Shown here piece by piece: positions 52,805 to 62,053 of a DNA stretch of 64,000 bases. The notes beneath the pieces are model-generated. The model worked only from the letters and a program-made list of their open reading frames with translations. It made no database searches and had not been told where the DNA came from. The translations under genes were made by a program, and so were the position numbers. The stretch's first letter is position 1. Each line of letters begins with the position of its first letter. The stretch comes from Nitrospira sp. (GTDB lineage Bacteria > Nitrospirota > Nitrospiria > Nitrospirales > Nitrospiraceae). The stretch lies in NCBI GenBank assembly GCA_047150005.1, contig AP038806.1, positions 1,696,001 through 1,760,000 of the forward strand. The letters are read 5' to 3'.

Positions 52805-52820
52805 ACTGGGAAATGCCCGA
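52805..52820 (-). promoter_or_regulatory. Palindromic activator-like box
   Basis: Minus strand TCGGGCATTTCCCAGT, then 23 nt, then CATAGT. Confidence 0.45.
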
Positions 52821-53041
52821 GTGGAGAGGTGAGGTGAAGCGCATGTCACGATCGAACGGGTCGCAGACGTGCCTATGTATGATTGACCTCTCCGGGCTGA
52901 TGTTCGTCGCGTGATCCATGCACCCGCCCGGTGCCGTCTTGCCCGGCGGCGCATCACGAAGAGGCCGAGGACCAAGATTGCGCGCCTGCAATGTCCTGCT
53001 GCCTGCCACCGAGCGCCGGTTCGCTCGCGTCCGTCACACAG

Positions 53042-53290
53042 CTATGCCGAGGTCCCAGGGTCCGGGTCGTGGTTCACGAGGTGTTCCGCCGCAAGCCAAT
53101 CATCCACGTCCTGACCATCCTGTCTGCCCCGCTGTTCGTAGATGGCATACGCGCGCACGGCGATGCGGGCATGATGGCTGATCGTTGAGTCGGTCACTGC
53201 CCGATCGCCGTTTACCGGAGGCACCGATCGCTCCCCTCGTACCTTCTTAACAACTCGTCTCGCCTGCAGCTTCATCCTGACCTCTTTCAT
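53042..53290 (-). CDS. DUF2934 domain protein
   Basis: RIAVRAYAIYEQRG..G.DVDDWLAAE signature; start uncertain. Confidence 0.8.
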   Translation of the reverse strand: MKEVRMKLQARRVVKKVRGERSVPPVNGDRAVTDSTISHHARIAVRAYAIYEQRGRQDGQDVDDWLAAEHLVNHDPDPGTSA

Positions 53291-53329
53291 CTTCTTAATC
53301 CCCACTGTGGAGTGCCGCTCCCCCGGATT

Positions 53330-53360
53330 CCGGCCTCCATGATGGATCACTGGAGGCCGG
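53330..53360. terminator. GC-rich hairpin downstream of the 53380-53853 gene
   Basis: CCGGCCTCCA..TGGAGGCCGG perfect 10-bp stem; no U-tract. Confidence 0.3.
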
Positions 53361-53379
53361 TGGAGAGTGAGTCGTGAGC

Positions 53380-53853
53380 CTAGAACGAGAGAGCCGCTCG
53401 TTCGTCCTGCTGTCTGACCTCCTCCGCAAACCGTTTCATGCGGTCCACGAGCGCCTTTTCCTCCGGATCGAGCTTGTCCTCGCTCTTGAGCGGCAGCAGC
53501 ACGGCATAGGGGACGGACTTGACGACGGTGGCAAAAATCTGGTGCGCTGCGTCGGTGCTGATCCCTCCCTCTTTCGTTTCCAACATTTCGAGGAAGCGGT
53601 TCAGACCTTTCCGCTTGCCGGCGTAATCCCCTTTGACGGCAGCCTCACTGATCACGTCCAACTGCTTGAAGTAGGAATCGAAATTGCCTTTCTTGGCCAT
53701 GTTCTTTTGAATCATGACTTCCATGGCGACCTTATCGACCCATTGCGGGGGGACCCAGGCTTGGGCCGCGCTGGGAATCATCCAGGAGACAAAGACGACC
53801 AACAATGCGGAGACGAGCAATACATTTACATTATGGTAAAGACGCGTTCTCAT
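53380..53853 (-). CDS. Hypothetical secreted helical protein
   Basis: GGAGG RBS, signal peptide ending AAQA. Confidence 0.7.
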   Translation of the reverse strand: MRTRLYHNVNVLLVSALLVVFVSWMIPSAAQAWVPPQWVDKVAMEVMIQKNMAKKGNFDSYFKQLDVISEAAVKGDYAGKRKGLNRFLEMLETKEGGISTDAAHQIFATVVKSVPYAVLLPLKSEDKLDPEEKALVDRMKRFAEEVRQQDERAALSF

Positions 53854-53981
53854 GTTCTTCTCCTCCCCATTCTATGATTAATTATGGATGCCATGTGAGC
53901 CTGTGCAGACCGCCTCCAATCCGGAGCGGTCGATTCGTCATGGACAGATAGTCTGAACCGTGACGGATCGCCGTGCGGCGC

Positions 53982-54389
53982 CTATCGTTTGACGAGCAGT
54001 TGTCCTCCGACCGTCCTCGCGCGAACGGGATCGTACATGCGGTAGGCGCTTTGCTCGGTTCCTCCCAGGGAATCAAGATCCGTGACGGCAAGTTTGATGG
54101 TTTTGGTCTCCCCTGGCTTCAGGATCTCCTTCACTTTCAGTTTGTCGACCGCGAACCCGTGTTTGTCCTTGGTGTCGTTCGTCACGATGAGCTCGAGCGG
54201 TTTGAGCCTCACCTTCTCGTCGACCACGATCGTCGAGGGAAGAATGAAATCGACCGTGCCGTTGGACAAAATCGCCACGTGAAATTCTCGCGGCTCGCCT
54301 CCCAGCATCTCATCGGCGTAGGTCGGGACTCCCGAGCCGACAAATGCGGTCAGAATACCCAGAGCGAGGATCGTGAACCGGTGTCGCAT
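53982..54389 (-). CDS. Secreted cupredoxin-like (nitrosocyanin-like) protein lacking the C-terminal Cu ligands
   Basis: PSTIVV..VTN...HGFAVD...EILKPGETKTI..GGQLLV; YDPVR sits where CxxH is expected. Confidence 0.65.
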   Translation of the reverse strand: MRHRFTILALGILTAFVGSGVPTYADEMLGGEPREFHVAILSNGTVDFILPSTIVVDEKVRLKPLELIVTNDTKDKHGFAVDKLKVKEILKPGETKTIKLAVTDLDSLGGTEQSAYRMYDPVRARTVGGQLLVKR

Positions 54390-54568
54390 GAGGCACCTCC
54401 TTTTTATAGGTACAGGTTACTGTGTCTTGCCCCGTCATTCCCGTCAGCTGAGCGGTCGCTGTCCGGCCTGTCGCCGTGATTGATCCGTGACCCGTTGGCG
54501 CAGGGCGAAGGACAAATCGGCTTGATCTTTCTGTATCGTGCCCAACGCCGTCAGCAGCCATCGCGGCA

Positions 54569-56002
54569 TCATGACAACAGCTCCTTGTGCTTGGGCCTGC
54601 GCTCCATCTCCAGCTTGTTGAACGCATCCAGCGCCGCCACCTTGTAACACTCGGCGAACGTCGGATAATTGAAGACGGCCCGCAGGAAATAGTTCAGCCC
54701 TCCTCCAAGATCGAGCACGGCCTGCCCGATGTGAATGAGCTCGGTCGCGCCGGTTCCGATCGCATGGACGCCCAGCAGGCGTCGATCCTCCCGGTGAAAG
54801 AGGAGCTTCACCAGGCCGCTGTCGTCGCCCAGAATCTGTCCCCTCGCGATCTCCCGGTAGCGTGCGATGCCGGTTTCGTAGGGAACGCGCTGCTCGGTCA
54901 GCTCGGACTCCGGTGGCCCCGCCATGGAGATTTCCGGAACGGAATAAATACCCACCGGCAAATGCTCGGGGAGCGGATCGAGCTCGATCCCGAACGCGTG
55001 ACAGGCCACTTGGCGTCCCTGTGAAGCGGACGTCGAAGCGAGGCTGGGATAGCCGATGATGTCTCCGGCGGCGAAAATGTGAGGAACCTCCGTCCTGAAC
55101 TGCGCGTCGACCCTCAAGCGCCCCCGTTTATCGGCCGCCAATCCCGCCGCGGCCAGATTGAGCCGATCGACGGCACCCATCCTTCCGACTGAATACAGGA
55201 CGGACTCGGCGACGATATGCTTGCCGGATTCCAAGGTAATGACCGCGCGACGTGCCTCATCTTCGGTCAACTCCAACCGTTCGACGGCTTCACCGAGCCG
55301 AAAGGTCACATTGCGGTTGCGTAACTGATGCATCAATTCATCCACGATCTCGGAATCCAGGAACTCCAGAAGGCGCGTGCGCTTGTCGACCAGCGTGACG
55401 TTGACTTTCAACGCGGCGAGCATCGACGCGTATTCGATGCCGATGACGCCGCCGCCGATTACGACCATTCTGCGCGGAAGCCGCTTCAATCTCACCATAT
55501 CGTCGCTGGTCAGGATCACGTCTCCGTCAACCGGCACCCCGTCGGGCAGGGCCGGAACTGTACCGACCGCGATCAAGATGTTCTCCGCGGTGAGCATCCT
55601 GGATTCATAGTCGCCGGTCACCGTTACGGTATGGGGGCCCGCAAACGAGGCTTCCCCATGAATCAACAAGACGTCGTTCCGACGAAGTTGATCGGCGACG
55701 ACGTCGACCTCCCGCTTGATCACGGCGTCGACACGCGTGAGGAGCTGAGATGCCGTGGGCCGGCTTTCGGAGTAATTGCCGAGATGCTGTTCTGCGTGGT
55801 TGGTCATGCACAGAAACGACAGCACTGCTTCGCGAAGCGTCTTGCTGGGAATCGTTCCGGTCGCCGCGGAGACGCCTCCCACCACGCGCCTGCGTTCGAT
55901 GACGCCGACGCGCTTGCCGACCTTTGCGGCCTGAATCGCCGCCCGTTGGCCCGCCGGACCGCTTCCGATGCACAGCAGGTCGAAATCGTATGGCGTCGTC
56001 AT
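54569..56002 (-). CDS. sthA: Soluble pyridine nucleotide transhydrogenase
   Basis: IGSGPAGQRAA, GTIPSKTLREAV (no redox CxxxxC), GGGVIGIEYA, ATELIHIGQ, FNYPTFAECYKVAALD. Confidence 0.9.
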   Translation of the reverse strand: MTTPYDFDLLCIGSGPAGQRAAIQAAKVGKRVGVIERRRVVGGVSAATGTIPSKTLREAVLSFLCMTNHAEQHLGNYSESRPTASQLLTRVDAVIKREVDVVADQLRRNDVLLIHGEASFAGPHTVTVTGDYESRMLTAENILIAVGTVPALPDGVPVDGDVILTSDDMVRLKRLPRRMVVIGGGVIGIEYASMLAALKVNVTLVDKRTRLLEFLDSEIVDELMHQLRNRNVTFRLGEAVERLELTEDEARRAVITLESGKHIVAESVLYSVGRMGAVDRLNLAAAGLAADKRGRLRVDAQFRTEVPHIFAAGDIIGYPSLASTSASQGRQVACHAFGIELDPLPEHLPVGIYSVPEISMAGPPESELTEQRVPYETGIARYREIARGQILGDDSGLVKLLFHREDRRLLGVHAIGTGATELIHIGQAVLDLGGGLNYFLRAVFNYPTFAECYKVAALDAFNKLEMERRPKHKELLS

Positions 56003-56044
56003 AAGTATTCGACACTCCTCCGTTTGCCGGACGTCGTCCGGCGC

Positions 56045-57196
56045 TTAGAACCCCGTCAACCGGGGAAGGGGAATCGGCGTCGCCTGGCGGGATGCCGTCC
56101 CGGTGGCGGGCGTACCTGCGCGGTTGGCCGGCCGCATGGAGCCCGGGGGACGTTCCGCCAGCACGACGGAGGTGTGGAGACGCTCGCCATCCCGCAGTAA
56201 CTCAACCTCAACCGTTTGACCGACGTGCAGGCTCTTCACAACTTCCGCAAAGGCATCTGCGGAGCGGATGGATTGCCCTTCCAGGGTGAGGATAATGTCG
56301 CCGCCCAAGACCCAGGTAATCCCATCCAGGACCATGCGAATGGTTCCCAACCTGATGCCGGCGTTCGCTGCGGGGCTTCCTTCCTCCACGTCCTCGACCA
56401 ACAGGCCGTCGCGGAGGGGGAGGGCGACCAGCGTCCGAATCTCCTCGGTGATGAATTGTCCCGTGACGCCCAGCCATGGCCGTTCGAGCTTCCCTTTCTC
56501 TTTCAATTCAACCCAAATCTCCTTGGCGATGTTGATGGGAATGGCAAATCCGATGTTCTGCGCCCCCATCAATGCCGCCGTCGTAATCCCGATGACCCGT
56601 CCGCGGGAGTCCACCAACGGTCCGCCGCTGTTTCCTGGATTGATCGGAGCCGTCGTTTGAATGAGGCGGGACGGACCGTTACTGAGCCGTCTGCTGGGGG
56701 GACCCAGCCCGCTGATGATGCCGGTCGTCAAGGTAAAGCCCAAGCCAAACGGACTCCCGACGACCGACGTGTGCTGTCCGATACGGAGACGGTCCGAATC
56801 GCCGAGCTTGACGGGAACAAGCTTTTTTCCTGAGGCGGCAATCGACAGGATGGCGACGTCAGTCACCGGATCCAGGGCGAGCGTGTCCGCTTTAACCCTT
56901 GTCCCGTCGAACAACGTGGCAATGATCGAATCAGCTCCGTCCACGACGTGCGCGTTCGTCAGGACCGTACCCGCCTCATCGACCAGAAATCCGGCACCGA
57001 CCCCGGTCGTCGACGGTCGCGATAGCGGATGGACGGATTCATAGATCACCGACAGAAAAATCGTCGATGGAGCCAGATGGTCATACACATGGATGAGATG
57101 CTCTTCATCGTGATCCCCGGCCAGCTTGGCGGCCGCCGACCATGGTGTCATGAACAGTATCCAGCACAGGAACGGCGCGAGCTTCGATAGTTTCAT
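56045..57196 (-). CDS. HtrA/DegP-like serine protease with PDZ domain
   Basis: TNAHVV, DVAIL, INPGNSGGPL catalytic triad; C-terminal PDZ; signal peptide. Confidence 0.92.
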   Translation of the reverse strand: MKLSKLAPFLCWILFMTPWSAAAKLAGDHDEEHLIHVYDHLAPSTIFLSVIYESVHPLSRPSTTGVGAGFLVDEAGTVLTNAHVVDGADSIIATLFDGTRVKADTLALDPVTDVAILSIAASGKKLVPVKLGDSDRLRIGQHTSVVGSPFGLGFTLTTGIISGLGPPSRRLSNGPSRLIQTTAPINPGNSGGPLVDSRGRVIGITTAALMGAQNIGFAIPINIAKEIWVELKEKGKLERPWLGVTGQFITEEIRTLVALPLRDGLLVEDVEEGSPAANAGIRLGTIRMVLDGITWVLGGDIILTLEGQSIRSADAFAEVVKSLHVGQTVEVELLRDGERLHTSVVLAERPPGSMRPANRAGTPATGTASRQATPIPLPRLTGF

Positions 57197-57249
57197 GGCA
57201 CCCTCCATGCGTCCTTGGCTCCGGCTCCACCAGTACCTGTTTACAGGGG

Positions 57250-57747
57250 TCAGGGAGTCTGTCGAGTCGGGACTCGTAGAATCTGTTCACCCGCGGAATT
57301 TCCGAGTTGGACAATGCCCTTGAACGCCTGCTCCCGATAGTAGGTGTATCGAGACTCCTCAAAATTCAGGAGGACGAACCGAAACAGTTTCGCGGCCAAC
57401 CAATCCTGTCCTGCCTGGTGGGCGACGCGGCCGGCCGACAAGGTGCAAGCGGCGGCCATGGCTCTTGGGTCCACGGCCAAGCGCGGGGGCGGCACCGCCA
57501 GCGCCTGCTCGAACACCTGCGGCAGGACATGAGCCGCACGGGGCGAGTTATCGATGAGACGGACCGCACGGTTCAGCTGTTCAGCGTCCTGCCAGGTCTC
57601 GAATACACCGGTACCGGACCGGCAATCGGAGTAGCGTGCCCACATGTCCCTGAAGGCCGGCTCGCTCGGTACCCGCGCACCGTCGAGCGCCTGGGTCGCA
57701 TGGCACCCGCTCAACAAGATGGCCAAACCGCACATCAGCCAACGCAT
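57250..57747 (-). CDS. Hypothetical lipoprotein
   Basis: Lipobox LSGC after a hydrophobic stretch; PPPRLAVDP.AMAAACTL.AG. Confidence 0.7.
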   Translation of the reverse strand: MRWLMCGLAILLSGCHATQALDGARVPSEPAFRDMWARYSDCRSGTGVFETWQDAEQLNRAVRLIDNSPRAAHVLPQVFEQALAVPPPRLAVDPRAMAAACTLSAGRVAHQAGQDWLAAKLFRFVLLNFEESRYTYYREQAFKGIVQLGNSAGEQILRVPTRQTP

Positions 57748-57758
57748 TTGGGATGCAC

Positions 57759-58172
57759 CTATTCCGCCATGCGAGCGGCCAGCTGTTCGCGCTGGGCCGC
57801 CTGTGGTTGCCGCACTGCCGACAGCAGCACGCTCAGGAGCAGATCGGTCTCGTAGGGTTTGCGGACCCACGCGAACGCGCCCAACTCGATCATGTGGCGT
57901 TCGAGATCGTCGGCTTCACCGGAAAGCATAATGACCGGTGTCTCAGGCCAGGTGGCCTGGCTCAAGAGCAGAAACTCCCCTCCATCCATCATCGGCATGT
58001 GATGCTCCAAAATGACGGCATCGAAATGTCTCTTATTCATCTCCTTCAACGCGTGAAGCCCGTCGGCGGCGAGATGAATGTTGTAGTCCGTCTGCTCAAG
58101 GAGGTGGGAGAGCACCTGCCTGCTCTTTTCATTGTCATCCACGATGAGAACCCGCTTGCCGTAACCATCCAT
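57759..58172 (-). CDS. Single-domain response regulator with Glu at the phosphoacceptor position
   Basis: VLIVDD..DAVILEHHMPMMDG..MLSG..RKP. Confidence 0.85.
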   Translation of the reverse strand: MDGYGKRVLIVDDNEKSRQVLSHLLEQTDYNIHLAADGLHALKEMNKRHFDAVILEHHMPMMDGGEFLLLSQATWPETPVIMLSGEADDLERHMIELGAFAWVRKPYETDLLLSVLLSAVRQPQAAQREQLAARMAE

Positions 58173-58329
58173 GACGGCCTCCTCCTATTGTTGAGGTCAC
58201 AGTGTCGGAATGACGTCCTCCAGAGGTGGAACAGCGCCCGGCTCGACAAACGGCTTCTCGGTTCCAGGACCGTCATCGCGCGCGACGTCAGAGTCCGGTG
58301 CGTGACGGAGGTGATGTCCGAGCCGGCGT

Positions 58330-59223
58330 TCAACGAGATGGAATCTCCGCCTGATAGAGTGAGTGTGGCTGATCCGTTCCTGGATTCACCAGAATCGGCA
58401 CGTTCAATTTGTCCGGCAACAGCACCAGCTTGGCATTGGGACTATCGTACAACTTGTACTGGAGGTACTCCGGCGTCAGGGTCTTCGTGATCGTTTCCTG
58501 TGCCTTCGCCTGGCCCGTTGCACGAATACGAAGGCCTTCGGCCTCTCCCTCCGACCGGATTCGAACGGCGTCGCCCTCTCCCTTCGCCCGTCGTCGAGCG
58601 ATTTCCGCGTCTTTCTCCGCGATGACAAGTTCGAATTCCTTCTGCTCCTTCTCCTGCTCTTTCGCCTGTTTGCGCTCGACGGCGTCCAGCACGACCTTGG
58701 CCAACTCGATGTCCGCCAACGCCACGCTGGCAATCTCCAGGTGCCGCCCTTTCAGTTTCTCCACGACCACCGCCTGAACCTTGTTCGCAATCTCCGCGCT
58801 CTTCTCGGGCACATGAACCATGGCATAGCCGGACACGACACTTCGCACTGCCGCCAGCAGTTCAGGCTTCACGACCCTCGGGTAGAAGTCCGTTCCGATT
58901 TCGTGGGCGAGAAAATACACTTCCTGCGGAATCGGCCGCATGATGATGGCGGTCTTCAGTTGCACCAGCAAATCGTCCGAACTGAGGGCATCGACGGTTT
59001 CGGTGTAACTCTGCCAGCGAACATCATAGACATAGATGGAGTTCCACACCGCTCGCCAATAGAAACCATCCCGCAACGGTTCGGTCGATAGCCCTTCCGT
59101 AAAGGGATGCCAATAGAGCCCGCGCTCTCCAGGCTGCACACTCGTTCCCGCGCATCCACCGACGGCAGGCAGAATAGCGATGATGAGAGCGAACACTGAA
59201 ACTGGATATGAAGTGGTCCGCAT
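58330..59223 (-). CDS. SPFH/prohibitin (band 7) lipoprotein
   Basis: Lipobox VGGC; VQPGERG; AVRSVV; AVERKQ..AKGEGDA coiled coil. Confidence 0.9.
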   Translation of the reverse strand: MRTTSYPVSVFALIIAILPAVGGCAGTSVQPGERGLYWHPFTEGLSTEPLRDGFYWRAVWNSIYVYDVRWQSYTETVDALSSDDLLVQLKTAIIMRPIPQEVYFLAHEIGTDFYPRVVKPELLAAVRSVVSGYAMVHVPEKSAEIANKVQAVVVEKLKGRHLEIASVALADIELAKVVLDAVERKQAKEQEKEQKEFELVIAEKDAEIARRRAKGEGDAVRIRSEGEAEGLRIRATGQAKAQETITKTLTPEYLQYKLYDSPNAKLVLLPDKLNVPILVNPGTDQPHSLYQAEIPSR

Positions 59224-59256
59224 GGGAGCCTCCGTTTCTGTTGCTCAGCGGCCCAT

Positions 59257-59619
59257 CTACGGGTGATTCAGATCGGTTTGTGGAGCCTGGCGGTCGAGGG
59301 CGCCACGGTATCGGCGGGCTGACCGCTCCATTTCTTTCGCTTCTTCTTCGTAGTATTGAGCCAAGAGCCTGGCCCCGGCCACCCATTCGGAGTCAGGGCC
59401 GAACAATCGCTCATAGGCCGCCGCCTGCTCCGAAACGTCTTCCGCCTTCTTGCCCAACGTCTTGGCTTGATCGGCGTGGTACGTCGCGATTGTCCGTCCG
59501 TCGCGGGATAGATCGTGCGAATCGAGAGCCAGGGGCTCATGCGCCCTGGTACAGGATGCGACGGAGATCATCCAGAAACAGCAGAGCGGCACGAAGCAGT
59601 CAGAGGTGCGTCCGCTCAT
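59257..59619 (-). CDS. Hypothetical lipoprotein
   Basis: VASC lipobox-like motif; YERLFGPDSEWV.GARLLAQYY. Confidence 0.65.
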   Translation of the reverse strand: MSGRTSDCFVPLCCFWMISVASCTRAHEPLALDSHDLSRDGRTIATYHADQAKTLGKKAEDVSEQAAAYERLFGPDSEWVAGARLLAQYYEEEAKEMERSARRYRGALDRQAPQTDLNHP

Positions 59620-60178
59620 GGCTCTCCCCCATGCCTCGTGCCCCACGAATTGCGAGGGCAGCAGGCTGTCGGGCTGGTTTCACGATTGCGAGAGCGCTTA
59701 TTCCGGAAGGTGGCTGGACGAAGAATTGAAGAACGAGTCATGAAAACAACCCCTCGAGAGCAATATAGTTTCGGCGTCGCGAACGAGAGCGGGGAGAAGT
59801 CGGCTCTCTTGTGATCCTATGCAGGAGCAATTTTCGGTCCTCGGGAGCAAATGACGGCACGTGAAGATTCCCGTCTCCAAAGCGACGGTGCAGCCGAAGC
59901 ATTGTCCCTTCAGGCCTGCTCCATTTTGAGTGGCTCGTTTGGAGGATTCGATCGGCAGCATTGCTTCGCACAGTGCGGTTGGTGCATATCCGCTCGTGCG
60001 ATGGAGGTAGGAATTGATGATGTGTGCCGGTGTTTCGTGTTTCAGGAGCTTATGTGGAAAGCAGGTCGCGGAAGTCGGAGACGAGAGAGGTGGCGAGAGA
60101 GACGGTGTGAACGGAAGCGGCGAATCTTCTGATTCGAATCACGCGTACGCTATGGGTAGGTACGGAGGATGTCCTCGG

Positions 60179-60850
60179 TCACGGTCGCGGATCCAACTCG
60201 ATCAGTCCTTTTCGGATGGCGAGAATGGCCGCCTGCGTGCGGTCGTAGACCTGCAGCTTGTGGAAGATGTTGCGCACGTGGTTCTTAACGGTCTTCTCGC
60301 TGAGGTCCAGGCTGTTGGCGATTTCCTTATTGGTCTTGCCGTCCGCCACGAGACGCAGAACGGTGATTTCCCGTTCGGTCAGATCATGTTCCACCCAGGC
60401 CGGCTTCTTCCCCTTCTTCTGCGCCATCAGGGAAAACTCCGCCAGGATCTTGCTGGCGACGGAGGGATGGATCAGCGATTCGCCCCGGTAGATGGCGCGA
60501 ATGGCCGCGACGATCTGAGACGACTCGGAATCCTTCAAGAGATATCCGGTGGCGCCGGCGCGGACGAGATCGAAGATGTACTGCTGTTCCTCATACATCG
60601 TGAGGGCCACGATGCCGATGTGAGGGAACTCACGCTTGACCTGACGGGTCGCCTCCACTCCTCCCATGCGGGGCATGCTGACGTCCATGAGGATGACGTC
60701 GGGCAGGAGCGTCTTGGTTTTTTCGACGGCTTCCATGCCGTCCTGCGCTTCGCCGACGACCTGGATGTCGTCCTTGGTCTTGAGAATGGCGGCGAGCCCT
60801 TCGCGCACCACGCGGTGGTCGTCTGCGATCAAAACCTTAATTTTCTCCAT
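60179..60850 (-). CDS. NarL/LuxR-family DNA-binding response regulator
   Basis: VLIADDH..LMDVSMP..GATGYLLKD; HTH LTEREITVL..NKEIA..SEKTVKNHVRNIFHKL. Confidence 0.95.
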   Translation of the reverse strand: MEKIKVLIADDHRVVREGLAAILKTKDDIQVVGEAQDGMEAVEKTKTLLPDVILMDVSMPRMGGVEATRQVKREFPHIGIVALTMYEEQQYIFDLVRAGATGYLLKDSESSQIVAAIRAIYRGESLIHPSVASKILAEFSLMAQKKGKKPAWVEHDLTEREITVLRLVADGKTNKEIANSLDLSEKTVKNHVRNIFHKLQVYDRTQAAILAIRKGLIELDPRP

Positions 60851-61949
60851 CGTCCGAGGCCTCCTTCTTGCCGAGCGGTACTTCCACGACGATCGTCGTC
60901 CCGCGCCCCTTCTTCGACTGAATGGTGGCCTCCCCTCCGACGAGCCGGGCCCGCTCGACGATGCCGCGAATGCCGAAGTGATCCCACTTTTCGGGGTTAT
61001 GCAGGACGTGCTCCATGTCGAAGCCGATGCCGTTGTCCGCAATGGTGACGGTCAGTTGATCAAAGTCGATTTCGAGGCGCACGGACACCCGACTGGCCTT
61101 CGCATGCTGGGCCACGTTGCTCAGGGCCTCCTGCACGATCCGGAACAGAAAGATTTTCGTGCGGGGAAAGAGGATTTGCTCGTCGCCGGACACCTTGAAC
61201 TCGGTCTTGACGCGGGATTGCGTTTGGTAGGACTTCAGATAGTTCGTCAGGCCGGGTATCAACTCCATCTTGTCGTACTGGAGAGGGCGCAAATTGAAGA
61301 TGACCTGCCGCGCCTCCTGGATCGCGAGCTTGAGCTGCTGCTTGCTTTCGCGCAGGGTCGCGAGGCTCGCCTTGGGATCCTTCCGGAGCAGCTGTTGGGA
61401 CAGTTCCAGCTTGAAATTCACGCCGGCCAAACTCTGGACCAGACCGTCGTGGATCTCGCAGGCGATCCTCGTGCGCTCTTCGGTCACGGCGGCGCCCGTC
61501 TCCTTCACGTACAATCGATAGAGCGATTGGTACTTGTTGAGCGTCTTCTCGATCTCGGCCGTGGCGCGGATGCGGGCTTCGATCAGCTCCCACATGAACT
61601 TGGCGCTGGCGCCTCCGAGGATGGTCACGCCCAGGCGGTGGAAATCCTGGAGCACCTTCCAGACTTCGAGACTGCCGGACACGTCGATGATCAGATCGAC
61701 ACGATCCAGATTGAGCAGCAGGCGGTAATCGCGCGTGATGGGAATCTTCAGCCGCTTGGCGAGACCCAGCCCGGGGGCGGCGAGATTGGTTTCGGCGACG
61801 GCGACGATGTCCACGAGAGGGTCGTTCGCGAAAATCTCCATGAGGGCGGTGCCGCCGCGCCCCGCGCCGATGATGGCGACATGCGTGGTCCCGGGCATCG
61901 AGCCCGACTTGCGCCGCGCGTGAGACGACTTGGCTTCAGCCATGGGCAT
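60837..61949 (-). CDS. Cytoplasmic HisKA_3 histidine kinase with N-terminal Rossmann-like domain
   Basis: VAIIGAGRGG; ERTRIACEIHDGLVQSL; QEALSNV.QHA; DNGIGF; FGIRGIVER. Confidence 0.88.
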   Translation of the reverse strand: MPMAEAKSSHARRKSGSMPGTTHVAIIGAGRGGTALMEIFANDPLVDIVAVAETNLAAPGLGLAKRLKIPITRDYRLLLNLDRVDLIIDVSGSLEVWKVLQDFHRLGVTILGGASAKFMWELIEARIRATAEIEKTLNKYQSLYRLYVKETGAAVTEERTRIACEIHDGLVQSLAGVNFKLELSQQLLRKDPKASLATLRESKQQLKLAIQEARQVIFNLRPLQYDKMELIPGLTNYLKSYQTQSRVKTEFKVSGDEQILFPRTKIFLFRIVQEALSNVAQHAKASRVSVRLEIDFDQLTVTIADNGIGFDMEHVLHNPEKWDHFGIRGIVERARLVGGEATIQSKKGRGTTIVVEVPLGKKEASDDGEN

Positions 61950-62053
61950 GGTACAGCCTTGCGTTGACCGCAGGATGTTCAGGAACGTCGAGCGCACATC
62001 GGACGACAATCGGCGGGATGGGTGAATCGTTGGCGCAGCGTGGGTGAGGCCGG

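Noticed and set aside
59675..59814. Plus-strand GG-N10-GC motif followed by a 24-codon ORF
   Set aside because: Weak match, no RBS, and it points away from the adjacent operon.
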